Positions 46,666-58,663 of a DNA stretch of 64,000 bases are shown here, piece by piece. The notes beneath the pieces were generated by a model that worked only from the letters and a program-made list of their open reading frames with translations, ran no database searches and was not told the origin of the DNA. This DNA comes from Albugo candida (taxonomy: Eukaryota): the NCBI GenBank assembly GCA_040437565.1, contig JBDOQK010000028.1, forward strand, positions 62,001 to 126,000, in the 5' to 3' direction. Each line of letters starts with the position of its first letter. The stretch's first letter is position 1. The position numbers were made by a program, and so were the translations under genes.

Positions 46666-47978
46666 ATGCTGCGGATCGCGGCAGGCACCTATGACGGCAT
46701 CCTTTATGGCTGGGACGCAATTCCCGTGGCTGAAAAAAACCATAGTGATGCAACGAAATGGACTCTAAAGCTTCGATTCGGTTATTCCGCACACTCTGAG
46801 TGCGTCAAAAGTGCAGTGTTCATGAAATCTCGCAATGGCAAAATCCTGCTATCAGGAAGCAGTGACGAAACGATCAAGTAAGACCATCCGTACAATACAC
46901 GTCACACTGTATCTGATACTAACATTTCTCTGTCGCAGAATCTATGACGTTGATAAACGCGTCGAAGTAGGAACGCTGATGGAGCAAAGTGGAAGCATCA
47001 CCTGCCTGGAGTTCTTCCAGCAGACTCATGTGCTGAGCGCAAGTACCGATAAAACCGTCTGCATATGGCGAGTGTCAGATTGGAATTGTCTTCATATTCT
47101 TGGAGGACACAAGTGAGTCACTTTTGCATCTGTCATTAGATAAACATTCTTACATTTGATCGCTATGTAGAGAAGAGATCAATTCAATCACAATTCACCC
47201 AAGTGGCAAGCTAGCTTTTTCAGTCGCTCGTGATCAAACGTTGCGCATGTGGAATCTTGTCAATGGCCGTTGTGCATATATTCGCCGCTTGGAGAAGGAA
47301 GCTGAAATCGTCAAAATCTCAACTTTAGGAAAACGTTACTTGTTAACATTTGGCAGTGTCGTGTCGATATTCAGCACTTCCGATGCGGAATTGGTTGGAA
47401 CGCTAAAACATCCAAAACGCGTGCATGCTTGTGTCTTTGCAACGGACGACCTTGTGGTTTGCGCCGGAGAGGACAAGCATTTATACGTATGGAATATCGA
47501 CGGTACTTTATTGGCTAAAGTCACTCATCCAGACTTGACAGCCAGAATCCGCTGTATCGATGTCATTGACCAAGAAGTATCGTCCGATTTACCCATCATC
47601 GTTCTTGCGACATCCAACGGAACCGTACAAATCTGGGATTTGAATGATTTGCAACTTGATTCAGACTCCCCATATGAGTTGAATGAGTCAGTACAACCGT
47701 CGGCTACGACAAAGATTCTCAATGCACCACGCATCACATGTCTCACTGCTTGCGCATCGTCACAAAACGACACAGCTGACCAGCCTGAGAATTCAGAAAT
47801 GACATCACAAAGTGCCGAGCCCCCTATCGAAACTTTCCGCCCGGTGTCGGAAACGCCATCAAATGCGCCCCGTGTTGTGATCGAAATGGATGATAACGTC
47901 GAGCCAAACCAAAATCCAATAGTTTCTTCGAAAAAGCATAGAAACAAACGAAAGCGGAAAATGAAAAAGCAGTCGTAA
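46666..47978 (+). CDS. PAK1IP1: PAK1-interacting protein 1 / Mak11 WD40 60S biogenesis factor, 3 exons
   Basis: IAAGTYDGILYG, AHSECVK, LLSGSSDETIK|IYD, IHPSGKLAFSVARDQTLRMWNLVNGR, RITCL; basic tail. Confidence 0.88.
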
Positions 47979-48208
47979 GCTCTGTGTACCGCAAGTCGAT
48001 GCTTTCGTGATGACTCGCCATAGAATACTTTGCAAACGTTGAGCCGTACAGGATAGATGATCAATAAATACACATTTTAGCAGCAATTGAAACTCGAAAT
48101 GCCTCCCCAAGTCAAAAATAGCTCGTTGGGCGGCGCCATTGTGCCCCGTTGAGAAACTTGATCCAACTTGCTGCCACTCGACTGGCGCTTTCGCTTATCG
48201 CTTTCAAA

Positions 48209-50219
48209 ATGGGTGCTGGAGCTTCACTGGATCGAAGTACACCGAATCGACCTGCACTCATGTCCTTGGTCAATTTCACGAATGCAAACTCTCAACCAGC
48301 TCCTCTAATTGCTGCAAAGACTCAATGGCGCCTTGCGACTAGAACTTCAGTCGATGTGAAGAGTAACGAGCAAGATCTTCTCGATATCGTCAGTGATCCC
48401 GTCGGACAAAAGCATTTAGGAGCGTACGCGAAAAAGATTCTGACTTCGGAGACGTTTTTCTGCTGGGTGGAAATCAATGACTTTAAAGACGCACCATCAT
48501 TAGGCTATCGAAAGTCGCTTGCCAAGCTCATTCACAAGAAATATATAAAGAGTGGCTCACCTATGGCGCTGGGAAGCCTTCCATCGGACGTGGTCGCATA
48601 TTATGAAGTAAGTGTTTCGGTCTCTTTTGAAACACTGACCAAAGAAGCGTAGAATCACATCAAAGCGATGGAAACCAACGAGGCCATTCTGACACCCGAT
48701 CTCTTTGATTTACTGATGAAATATGTTCTATCAGACATGTACCAGAGCACATTTGTACGATTTAAAGCTTCGGCAGAGTACAGTTTGTACCGAAACGAAG
48801 TCAAAGAAACGTACAATCGCGTCACGGTCGATGATTTCGAGTATCTCGAGCTTCTTGGAAGTGGTGGATTTGGTCGAGTAGTTCATGCTCGCAAGAAATC
48901 AACCGGCAAACATTATGGTACGTCCGGAATAGGAGCTTGTACTGCCTCATTCGTCTCACTTCATGTATGCAGCTATGAAGGTCCAGCTGAAGGCTGGGCT
49001 TCTGGATGAGTATCAGGATCAGCTAGCTCAAATAACTTCGGAGAAAGACATACTGCAGGCTTGTCATAATCCTTTTGTTTTAGACATGCATTACAGCTTC
49101 CAGACACCCGCACATGCAATCATTGTAACTGAGCTTGTTCGTGGTGGAGATCTTGGAAGTGCGCTTGTATCGTCTCGTGAAAGCTATTTATCCGAAGATC
49201 GCGTGCGCTTGTACGCAGCAGAAATCGGACTCGCGTTGAATCACATGCACGAACTTGGGCTTATCTACCGAGACTTGAAACCAGTCAACGTTTTACTAGG
49301 AGAAGACGGACATATCGTGCTGGCGGATATGGGTCTCGCTGCTGGTTTTGATAGCTGTTTACTGAGAGTCAATGGAGATGGTACTCGTGTGACGCCTGCA
49401 AGCCCCAAGCTTACTCGTAGGAAAACAACTGTGGGGACAAAAGGGTACATGGCTCCTGAAATCATTGCTGGCAAGCTCGTAAAGAGATCACTACGTCCAG
49501 GCTACACCTATGCGATTGATTATTGGTCTCTTGGAGTCACCATATACGAATTACTGACAGGGTACCAGCCATTTGGCGTCAATTCGACACAATTTATCAT
49601 GCAACAAATCGCACAGGAAGATATGTTTCGAATGTCACCTCGTACACAACATCAAATTGAATTGCAAAAAATGACACAAGGGACGAATTATCCATCTCAC
49701 TTGTCACGAGTGGTGCAGGAATTCCTTCAGCAGTTGCTGGAGGTCAACCCAGACCAAAGACTTGGATGTAATCCCGATCATGGATTTGCCGAGTTCATGA
49801 GACACCCATTTTTCGACTCGATCGATTGGGAGAAGCTTATGGTCAAACATATCGATCCCACCTACAGGCCAGCATTGCTTCCGTTGACAGACAGAAAGAT
49901 TTATAATTCGTACCAGCAGATGATGGCGCAATTTGATGCCCGGGACAAAGACTACATACGACGTACGTTTTCTTCAATCGTTAAAACGCTCCTGCTCAAG
50001 CTTTGCTTCGTAGATGATTGGTACAAGATTCCTCCCGCGGATATGCAAAAGCACTTTGATAGCTGGGACTACATCTCATCACACACGTTACGAGCGGAAC
50101 TAGGAATCGCGAATGAGCTGGATGCGTCTAATATTCCTTATAAAGTATTGCAGCTTACAGGGGAAGATGCAAAACGACAAATAAAGTCAAACGGTCACAA
50201 TTCCGGCAGACCACTTTGA
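48209..50219 (+). CDS. GRK-like kinase: N-myristoyl motif + RGS domain + AGC kinase (introns 48608-48652, 48918-48972, 49963-50013)
   Basis: MGAGAS; RGS-like DPVGQKHLGAYAKK..SETFFCWVEINDFK...IHKKYIKSGSP; LGSGGFGRV, YAAEI, YRDLKPVN, LADMGLA, VGTKGYMAPE. Confidence 0.88.
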
Positions 50220-50253
50220 AGACATTCCAAGCGATGATTTAGACAATGAGATG

Positions 50254-52290
50254 CTATATTTCAAACGTGTACGATATGATTGTTGGGTGTATCTCTTTCA
50301 TTTGCTTTCCTCTCATACAAATGGCTTCACTATGAGACCCGGAGAAGAAGGAGACAACTCGAGGCGGATTCGTTCCCTTGTTGCGTCGTGTCTGTGTTCC
50401 GGTGACTTTCGGGAGATACACCTGCGTTGAGACTTCCCGTCGGAATTGGCTCAAGCGAGTCTGACTCGAGACAGTTTTACATTTGCGCAAATTGGCGATT
50501 TGCAGGGCTCTGCGACGAAGATTCCATTCATTCCATTCGTACTGGGAATCCCAATGCTTTTCGATAAAGTGTACGGGTGTGCCTGTGCTTGCATCTACTT
50601 TGAGCCGTGGAATCGAATCCACAAAAGATGGAGAAGAGCGTTCCAATTTCCTTCCATTTTCCGCGGTCGCGATAGAGCACAACTGAAGAAGGGACGATAA
50701 GCTGATGTTTGGGAAAGCGTCATGAATACGTAAGAGGTAGATCAGCGCTGGTTGCTTCACGGCAAGATCGAGGATGCCTCGAATGTAGCGATTTGGATCA
50801 GCTAGAAATTCCTTTACAGCTTTCTCGTTAACGAATACGTGATACGCGTTTTGATACTGAATGACGCCGAGGGAAGGATCCCCTGGAAGCAAGAGACCTT
50901 CACGCTCGACGATTGTCCAAGGGCAAAATCCTTGGTACTCTAGTGGTAGCTGTAGAAATTCAGGACTTGTGTCTGCGGGTATGCGGATAGGGACTGAATT
51001 TTGATCAACTTTGTTGATTTCTTGCGAATCCGTATTAGTAGCTTCATCGACGGATGGATCGTTCTGAGGCTCCATCTCGAAAGTCTCTACAGAGGTACGT
51101 TTGACTTGTTCATCAACCTCCGTTGTTGGATTCTGAGTTGCCTTCTTCCGATACATTTGTACATATTTCGAGCTCTCATTCAGTGACAAATCAATCGCAT
51201 CTTTGCATACTAAAAGTGTCTTGAAACAACGTGACTTTATTTGAATCTCTCGATGTTCCAAAATAAGTTCCCTCCAAGCTCTAGAGACATTCTCAAACAA
51301 AGGATATATTTGTGTTTTTGGTATCGAGGTCCTCGATCCAACATCGGCTTCCAGGGTTTGCAAATTCCGCTCATACCGCTCAATAATCTCATTGAGCTTG
51401 CTAATCGAATAAGAAACGTCTTCTTCCAGCGTCTGCAAGTATGAAAGTAGTTGACGCCTGTTACTCAATTCTTCTTGCCAGCATTGGATTCTTCCTGACT
51501 CTGGTAGTACTTCCACAGAGTTGGCGAAATCATGATGGAAATCCTGCAAAATCTCTGTGTACTCACAGCAGAGTCTTGTCATTTCTTGCGTTTCCTCACA
51601 AAGTTGAGAATGCAGCATTTTCCCATTCTGTTCGACTTGAATTACGTTCAAATCGATCCCTGCGCCTCCTTTACCAATCTTTCTGTTGTATAATCGAATT
51701 CCAGAGACAATTTCGAGCAAATTTGCCAATTGTGTTTGTTTTTCTTCGACTGACAGATCGACAAAAGACTTCAAGGCCACACGCGGAAATACGCTCTCCA
51801 TCGCTGCTACCACTTCTTTCTCAATTTCACGCATCTGAGTAGTGTCTAAATGAACCGCATCATCTTCCAAGCTCGCGTCTACCATCAACATGGAGAAAAT
51901 TGTACGATATAAAGTCGTCATGACTTCAAATTCATTCGACTTTGTTGGGATCAAAGTTACAATTGTGCTTTGCAGTGCTTCGATTTTCCTCCTTTTTGCT
52001 TCAGATCGAGCCTGTAGCTCTTCTTTCAACGTAGCGTACTTGAGATCGAATTCAAGCTGCATTTTGATCGTTTCGATGCCAGGATGACGCTTCTGATCCA
52101 CAAGAAGACGCATACAGCGTTCCAGTATATCTGACTGTACCTCCAAACTCATAGAGGTTTGAACTGCTCCATTACTTTCTTGATGGAGAAGCATTTGGAC
52201 GATAAATGCGGCCAGAGTTTCTGGCACTTGCATGTGACGGTGTTTGCATCGAGTTATAACATTCTGCACGAGCTTTTTCGCCACTTCCAT
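50254..52290 (-). CDS. CFAP206: Cilia- and flagella-associated protein 206
   Basis: VPETLAAFIV, ETIKMQLEFD, AAMESVFP, IVSGIRLYN, LPLEYQGFCPW...GLLLPG, TPVHFIEKHWDSQYEWNEWNLRRRALQIANLRKCKT. Confidence 0.9.
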   Translation of the reverse strand: MEVAKKLVQNVITRCKHRHMQVPETLAAFIVQMLLHQESNGAVQTSMSLEVQSDILERCMRLLVDQKRHPGIETIKMQLEFDLKYATLKEELQARSEAKRRKIEALQSTIVTLIPTKSNEFEVMTTLYRTIFSMLMVDASLEDDAVHLDTTQMREIEKEVVAAMESVFPRVALKSFVDLSVEEKQTQLANLLEIVSGIRLYNRKIGKGGAGIDLNVIQVEQNGKMLHSQLCEETQEMTRLCCEYTEILQDFHHDFANSVEVLPESGRIQCWQEELSNRRQLLSYLQTLEEDVSYSISKLNEIIERYERNLQTLEADVGSRTSIPKTQIYPLFENVSRAWRELILEHREIQIKSRCFKTLLVCKDAIDLSLNESSKYVQMYRKKATQNPTTEVDEQVKRTSVETFEMEPQNDPSVDEATNTDSQEINKVDQNSVPIRIPADTSPEFLQLPLEYQGFCPWTIVEREGLLLPGDPSLGVIQYQNAYHVFVNEKAVKEFLADPNRYIRGILDLAVKQPALIYLLRIHDAFPNISLSSLLQLCSIATAENGRKLERSSPSFVDSIPRLKVDASTGTPVHFIEKHWDSQYEWNEWNLRRRALQIANLRKCKTVSSQTRLSQFRREVSTQVYLPKVTGTQTRRNKGTNPPRVVSFFSGSHSEAICMRGKQMKEIHPTIISYTFEI

Positions 52291-53160
52291 AGTCTCAATA
52301 CGACAGAAGAGGAATTCTGTTGGGTTTACATTATAATGAATTTATGGTAACAAAGTTATTCTTAAATGAAGCATCTCCTGAAAAAGCTCTTTTCGGTTAA
52401 AATAGAACATAAATGGATAGAATTAGGAGCGTATTGCGACCTTTTTCATTATAGTGGCAGTCAGTTTATACGAAAGGGTGTGGTATCTCGACGATTGGGC
52501 AAGTTGTACGTAACTAATTTAGACAAGTTTGCATCCGTCCAAGCCCGTGCAGACGTATTGGTGGGATATGTACCAGAAGCGTAGTCACTTGAATGATTGG
52601 AAAGCAGATGAACCCATACAGAGTATCATTTTCTTCTACTTTCTATGCATTCCATTTTTCGATTCTCTGACTACTCTTGTATGATTGGCTGAGCTAGCGC
52701 TTTCTACCCAATCAGAAACGTTTTGGTACCTTTAACGTCAGTTTGACGTGAGGTACACATAAGAAAGCTGNNNNNNNNNNNNNNNNNNNNNNNNNNNNNN
52801 NNNNNNNNNNNNNNNNNNNNNNNNNNNNNNNNNNNNNNNNNNNNNNNNNNNNNNNNNNNNNNNNNNNNNNGTTTGACGTGAGGTACACATAAGAAAGCTG
52901 ACACCAGCTGATTTCTTTGGCGGAGGCGTAGAAGCACTACTTATCACGCAATTACTCACCCTGTAAACCCTTCTTCGTTTCAAAATTGTCCGAGCGGGAT
53001 TGTCGAGGTGACTGATCGTAAAAGGTCTAGACTCAGCCTCCATTCGTACTGATTCACAACGGAACATTCGTCACTTTATAGCAATTCGGAAAGCGAGAAT
53101 TACTCCATAGTCTCTTATCACTTGGCTGATACCTGTGAGAAAGCAATATAAGCAGAATAG

Positions 53161-54803
53161 ATGCGAAAGAACGGCTGGCAGACGCCTCATCACGGCCTTC
53201 AGGTCGCGACTTGGATCGTATTTCCATTCTTAATTATTGCATTTTTCGTTCTATGCTCACCATTTCTGGATAAACACGTCCGCTTTATAGTCACAGTGGT
53301 ACGGAGCACAATCACACAATTTTTTATGTGACTTTAACGTGACATATTTCCTTTTCAGTCGTACGGTATCGCGGCTACCATCGTTATTGCTGCTGTGTGG
53401 AGATGCACATCGTGCGATCCGTCTGATACAAATGCTATCTCGTCTTTGGTACGTTTATCTCTACTTTGGGACTTTTATGTTTTTATCCTTCTCTTTCCTG
53501 CTGAAACGTAGCATCCAGTTGGCAATGTACAAATTGATCAGAATCGGATATTTTGCAATGTTTGCATGCAATATGTGTACGTGATCTACTATCACAGCAT
53601 AGATGGACGTGTTTAACGGAACAATTTGTGTCTCAGTCATCGACAAAATCGACACTGTCGTCTGTGTAACAAATGTGTGGAAGTATTTGATCATCATTGC
53701 AAATGGCTCAATAATTGCATTGGAAGCAAAAACTACAGATTTTTTCTAACTTCAGTCATATTCACTTCCACAATTTTGAGTATTCAACTCGCTACTGGCT
53801 CTTACGTATTTTACCAAACATTTAACGATCCAGATCTTATTCGAGCTCGAGGTACACTTTTCAGTCTCGATTCTCGCTTTAGAGCTGATAATTGAGCTTT
53901 CTCCGATATAGCGGCTACCTTCTTTGGCTGTATGCACGATGGACAAGACATGCTGACAGGCTTATGTCCCTCACACGGATATCGTTTGCCTCTTATTGTG
54001 ATCAAAATTCTCCATGGGCTTTTGCTTGTATGGCTTTTACCGTCATGGCTTATGATTCTGCAGCTCACGTTCTTCCATTTTCAATTGTGTGCGTGCCCTA
54101 TTTGTCACATTTTGCTGGATCCGCAGCAAATTGATAGTATCTGCATCTGTAGGTGTCGAACATATCACAACTTACGATTATATTGTTCGAAAAAGGAAGC
54201 GAAAATTGGCTCAAGAACGAGAAAATCTGGTACTTGGCAATATTTGTATGAAAGCATGATATTGACTGATTTTTTGATACATTGTAGCCACGAATTCCAT
54301 GGTGGCACTCTATAGCTCCATGTTTGTTCAAAAAGCCATCGAGCTCACCAACAGTAGAATTTAGTGCAAAAAACGATTTACGAAAGGCGTCAGACTTGTA
54401 TCTTGAAAATGAATTGGAAGAAGACATTATCGAAGTAGAAGTGGAAAATGAATTGGATATAACCAGCAGCGGTCGCGGTAGTCGTCGTCAGCGCGTATTC
54501 TCGGCTGTCGCAGCAACAGCAGCCGATATACCAGCATTTGCTCGAAGCCTTCCACCACCCGTTCCTTCTCGAAATCATTCTTGGTTTGAGCGAGCAAAGT
54601 CGGGTCGCTATAGCTTACAGGACACGTTTTTAGTCGATGTACCACCATCGTTGAGCGAAGAATCAGTGATGAATTACGTTGCAGGTCCAGGGACACCTTT
54701 ATCACCAGAATCAAAGCAGCAAAACAACAGCGACCCAGTATGCACTAGTGAGCCGTCTATTAGACTTCCAAAGCCTTTACGAGCCAGTGTCGTGTACATT
54801 TGA
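53161..54803 (+). CDS. DHHC palmitoyltransferase (ZDHHC1/11-like), multi-exon
   Basis: MRKNGWQTPHHGLQVATW; FCNVC; HCRLCNKCVEVFDHHCKWLNNCIGSKNYRFF; FHFQL...TTYDYIV-type motif in a later exon. Confidence 0.9.
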
Positions 54804-54904
54804 TAGTAATTAGAAGTATCTGATGATACGATGCAGCTACCCTTTACGGATACTTGTGTGTGGTATATTGTGAGGTATGAATACAGTCACGTATTTGTAT
54901 TGTC

Positions 54905-55276
54905 TTATTCTTTGCACCGAACGACAAAGCCTTCGCTCTCGTGAGAATTGACACTTAAATGAAGAACGTCGATGATGCCGTTCGCTTGAGGTGCATACGA
55001 AAGCCTTTTACCGTTTGATTGAACATTTCCATGTTGAGATTTTGGTACTTCTTCGACTTCAACCGCTTCCAAAGGAGCGACTTCTTCCCAACTTTCCATT
55101 TGAAAGCTTTGTGCTGGAAATGACACGCACTCGGCGGGCTCAGCAGTCATCTTTACATGTATTTTCTCCTTTCCGGCTTGAACCTGTTCGTCAGTGCCAA
55201 AGATACCGACAATTTGCACCGCAAACGCACAATTATTTGTCACAGAAGCAGCTTTTACGTATTGAGGAGGTTGCAT
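54905..55276 (-). CDS. Small beta-rich hypothetical protein (123 aa)
   Basis: Clean ATG-to-stop ORF filling the gap between DHHC and PITRM1; globular composition; no recognised family. Confidence 0.6.
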   Translation of the reverse strand: MQPPQYVKAASVTNNCAFAVQIVGIFGTDEQVQAGKEKIHVKMTAEPAECVSFPAQSFQMESWEEVAPLEAVEVEEVPKSQHGNVQSNGKRLSYAPQANGIIDVLHLSVNSHESEGFVVRCKE

Positions 55277-55404
55277 TTTGAAGATTCGTTAAGATTCGTA
55301 AGTACCGGACTCCGCAAAATAAGACAGTCACGGACTATTACTGCAAATATTAGCGATACAATGTCTATTTGCGTTAATTCTGTTATCACACAAGCCACTC
55401 AATC

Positions 55405-58400
55405 ATGACGATCCGAAGCATTTTTCGCCATCGAAAGCGATATTTGCTGTGGCGATATATCCCGCAATTTCCCATTCAAAGTAGAAAATACAGCTCTTCA
55501 AATGCCACTTCGTCTACTCATAATGTTTTGATGCGTCGGGGAGATCGGTGTCGCGATCATTTTCGCATCCATTCCACTTATCACAATTTTCGTCTTGACC
55601 GCATTGTACGAATTCCCGAGTTTAAAATCGACGCGCTGGAGCTTACACATACGAAGACATGCTCTAAGTACATTCACATCGACGCCAATGACCCTAATAA
55701 CGTGTTTTCTGTTCTCTTTCGCACGCCACCGCAGTCCTCCAACGGCGTTCCACACATTTTAGAGCACACCGTCTTATGCGGCTCTCAAAAGTTTCCAGTG
55801 CGCGATCCTTTCTTCAATATGCTTAAACGCAGTCTTAACACATACATGAACGCTATGACGGCGTGTGATCACACAATGTATCCATTTGCGACCACAAATG
55901 AGAAAGACTGGCAGCATTTACTCGCTGTTTATTTGGATGCAGTATTTTTCCCGGTCTTGAATCCTCTCGATTTCATGCAGGAAGGCCATCATCTTCAGCG
56001 AAAGTCAAAAATGGCGCTGGAACGCAAAGGAGTTGTCTTAAATGAAATGAAAGGTGTTTTCTCCGATGCAGCTCAAGTCTTTAGCACAAAGGCTCAGGAA
56101 TTGAGTTTCTCAGATACGATTTACGGAAACGTTAGCGGTGGAGACCCAAAATACATTCCAGATCTGACATACGAGGAACTCAAAGCGTTCCATACAAAGC
56201 ATTACCATCCATCGAATGCGTGCTTCTATTCGTATGGAGATCTACCTTTAACGCAACATTTGGCGTACTTGGATGAAGAGATATTGAATAAATTTACATT
56301 TCAACCGGAATCTGCGTCTGTGGATGTGAAAGAGCCCAAATATGCCATATTTCAAGACACAAAATCTCCGCTTCATGTCATTCAGGGACCAATCAGTAAC
56401 ACAGCGCAGACTCAAGCGGAGTCGATCGCTGCAGAGGAGGCTACGTTTGTCGATGATAAAGCCAACACCAAATTTTGTATCACTAAATTACTCGACTTTG
56501 ACTCCACCGATTTGTTCCAAGGATTCCTGATGCGTATTGCGAGTTATTTACTGACAGAAGGAACCGCAGCGCCAATGTACAAAGCACTGATTGAGACTGG
56601 ATTAGCTCATGATTTTACTTCCAATACGGGAGTCGATACTTCGACGTATTATCCGTCCTTTACGATCGGGGTGGAAGGATTTGTCGGTTCAGAGGATATG
56701 GCAATGAGGTTGGAGGAAGCGATCTATCAGGCGTATCAGAGCGTCATGGATGAAGGTTTTGATCCAGACCGAGTCAAAGGATTGCTACATCAAATGGAAC
56801 TCGGACAGAAGCATTTGGTCGGGAATTTCGGACTCAACTTGTTGCATTCTTTTAGCTCCGTGTGGTGTCATCGCGGGCAAGACTTGCTTGGATGCTTTCA
56901 GTTTGATTTGATGCTCAAACGTCTCGAAGAAAAGATGAAAACAAATCCGCGGTTTTTGGAGTCTCAAGTCGGGCGATTTCTTCAATCGAGTAAGACGAAA
57001 GAAAGTAAAGTCTTGATGCTTCCGAGTGAGCAATATCTGAAAAATCAGAAAGCGTTTGATGCGGAGCAGTTGGAAAAGCTGCAGAATACAATGACAGAAT
57101 GCGAATTGGAACAAATCGATCGGAAAAGTAAAGAGTTGCAAGAGTATCAACAGCGTCCCCAATCGATTGATTGTCTTCCAACGCTTACTATCGACGATAT
57201 TCCACGAGAAATGATAAAAGCCGATAAAGATAACTTTACTGAGAGAAAGCTATCAGGTGCTTCAGCTACCCATTCGGTTTGCTTGCAGCATGTCCACGTC
57301 CCGACCACACATGAGATCACGTACCTTCGATTTTATTTCGATACGACGTCAGTGTTTTCTCCAGCGGAAAGGCTCAAATATCACGCTCTTCTTCCAACTT
57401 TCACGTCAGTACTCGGAGCATTGGGAACCTCAAACAAATCGTATGATACTCTGCCGACTCATATTCAGAATTGTAGTGGTGGCATCTCATTCACTCCAGT
57501 TGCATATCCATCGCTTTTTGACGCAGAACAACACAGTCAACAAGGAATTCTTGTCGGTACATATTGTCTACCCAACAAGCTGAACCAGAATTTGGACCTT
57601 TTGCATCAGATCCTGTCTGACACACAATTTACACAATCTGAAAATCTGGCACAGCTCCGAATTATTCTTCAGATGAGCGCATTGAATTCGAGTAGAGCTA
57701 TCTCATCATCAGGTAATGCGCTTGCTGGCATTTCCTCCCGTTTGGGCCTCGTGGATGCGGCCTTTTACCATGAACTGTATCGAGGTTTGACTCAGATCCA
57801 ATTCCTCCAACATGCAGCCAATTGCTCGGATGAGGAGCTTCAGCGAATTGCAAAAGAGTTTGAATGGATGGCGCAACGTATTTTCACAACATCCAGTCTC
57901 AAAATATGTACAGTCACCGAAGACCAGCTACAGCTCAACGTGGAAAAAGCAATTCAAGCGCAATTAGTATCGAAATTGCCGTCTATTTTCTCCAGTACTT
58001 CCAGCGCTTCCTGGTCGGCTTCGTTCCTCAATACAGAAGCCGATGCGTTCGCGTTGCAATCGCGCAAATATTATGGCTTCCCGATGTCTGTGAATTTTGT
58101 CGTACAATCATTCCCTTCAGTCTCCTTTTCACATCCGGATCATGTTCCATTGATCGTATTGGCTCAAATTCTATCGTCCTGTTTCATTCATCAGCACGTG
58201 CGAGAACGAGGTGGAGCGTATGGTTCGAATGTCACTCAACATGAAGGCGCATTTACAATGTCATCGTACTTTGATCCCAACACGTGGTCTACGTTGGAGA
58301 CGTATGCGGCGGCACGCGAGTGGATGCGAATGGGAAAATTCAATGAGCAAGATTTGCAGGAAGCGCTTTTGTCGATTTTTGCGTCAATCGATGCGCCCAC

Positions 58401-58632
58401 GACGCCGGCAAACAAAGGAAGGGTCGCGTTCCTTCGCGGAATCACGCAAGCAATGCGTCAAAAGCGCCGTGAGCAGTACTTGTCGGTCTCATTGACTGAA
58501 TTGCGTCAGATTGCGGAGCGATATTTTCAGCCAATCGGAGAAGAGTCAAGGAGTCCCACCGTTATTATTGGTTCGGATGCTGCAATTACTGAGTTCAAGG
58601 ACAAAGGATTTAAAATTGGGTCTCTGATTTGA
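55405..58632 (+). CDS. PITRM1: Mitochondrial presequence protease (peptidase M16C)
   Basis: Arg-rich transit peptide; GVPHILEHTVLCGSQKFPVRDPFF; MNAMT; QEG; GVVLNEMKG; SGGDP; YHPSN; VRERGGAYG. Confidence 0.95.
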   Translation: MTIRSIFRHRKRYLLWRYIPQFPIQSRKYSSSNATSSTHNVLMRRGDRCRDHFRIHSTYHNFRLDRIVRIPEFKIDALELTHTKTCSKYIHIDANDPNNVFSVLFRTPPQSSNGVPHILEHTVLCGSQKFPVRDPFFNMLKRSLNTYMNAMTACDHTMYPFATTNEKDWQHLLAVYLDAVFFPVLNPLDFMQEGHHLQRKSKMALERKGVVLNEMKGVFSDAAQVFSTKAQELSFSDTIYGNVSGGDPKYIPDLTYEELKAFHTKHYHPSNACFYSYGDLPLTQHLAYLDEEILNKFTFQPESASVDVKEPKYAIFQDTKSPLHVIQGPISNTAQTQAESIAAEEATFVDDKANTKFCITKLLDFDSTDLFQGFLMRIASYLLTEGTAAPMYKALIETGLAHDFTSNTGVDTSTYYPSFTIGVEGFVGSEDMAMRLEEAIYQAYQSVMDEGFDPDRVKGLLHQMELGQKHLVGNFGLNLLHSFSSVWCHRGQDLLGCFQFDLMLKRLEEKMKTNPRFLESQVGRFLQSSKTKESKVLMLPSEQYLKNQKAFDAEQLEKLQNTMTECELEQIDRKSKELQEYQQRPQSIDCLPTLTIDDIPREMIKADKDNFTERKLSGASATHSVCLQHVHVPTTHEITYLRFYFDTTSVFSPAERLKYHALLPTFTSVLGALGTSNKSYDTLPTHIQNCSGGISFTPVAYPSLFDAEQHSQQGILVGTYCLPNKLNQNLDLLHQILSDTQFTQSENLAQLRIILQMSALNSSRAISSSGNALAGISSRLGLVDAAFYHELYRGLTQIQFLQHAANCSDEELQRIAKEFEWMAQRIFTTSSLKICTVTEDQLQLNVEKAIQAQLVSKLPSIFSSTSSASWSASFLNTEADAFALQSRKYYGFPMSVNFVVQSFPSVSFSHPDHVPLIVLAQILSSCFIHQHVRERGGAYGSNVTQHEGAFTMSSYFDPNTWSTLETYAAAREWMRMGKFNEQDLQEALLSIFASIDAPTTPANKGRVAFLRGITQAMRQKRREQYLSVSLTELRQIAERYFQPIGEESRSPTVIIGSDAAITEFKDKGFKIGSLI

Positions 58633-58663
58633 AGTGTACACACATATACAGGACGATGCAAAA

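Noticed and set aside
52460-53044. Possible small multi-exon gene on the minus strand (MEAESRPF...)
   Set aside because: Interrupted by a gap, and no consistent spliced model could be built.
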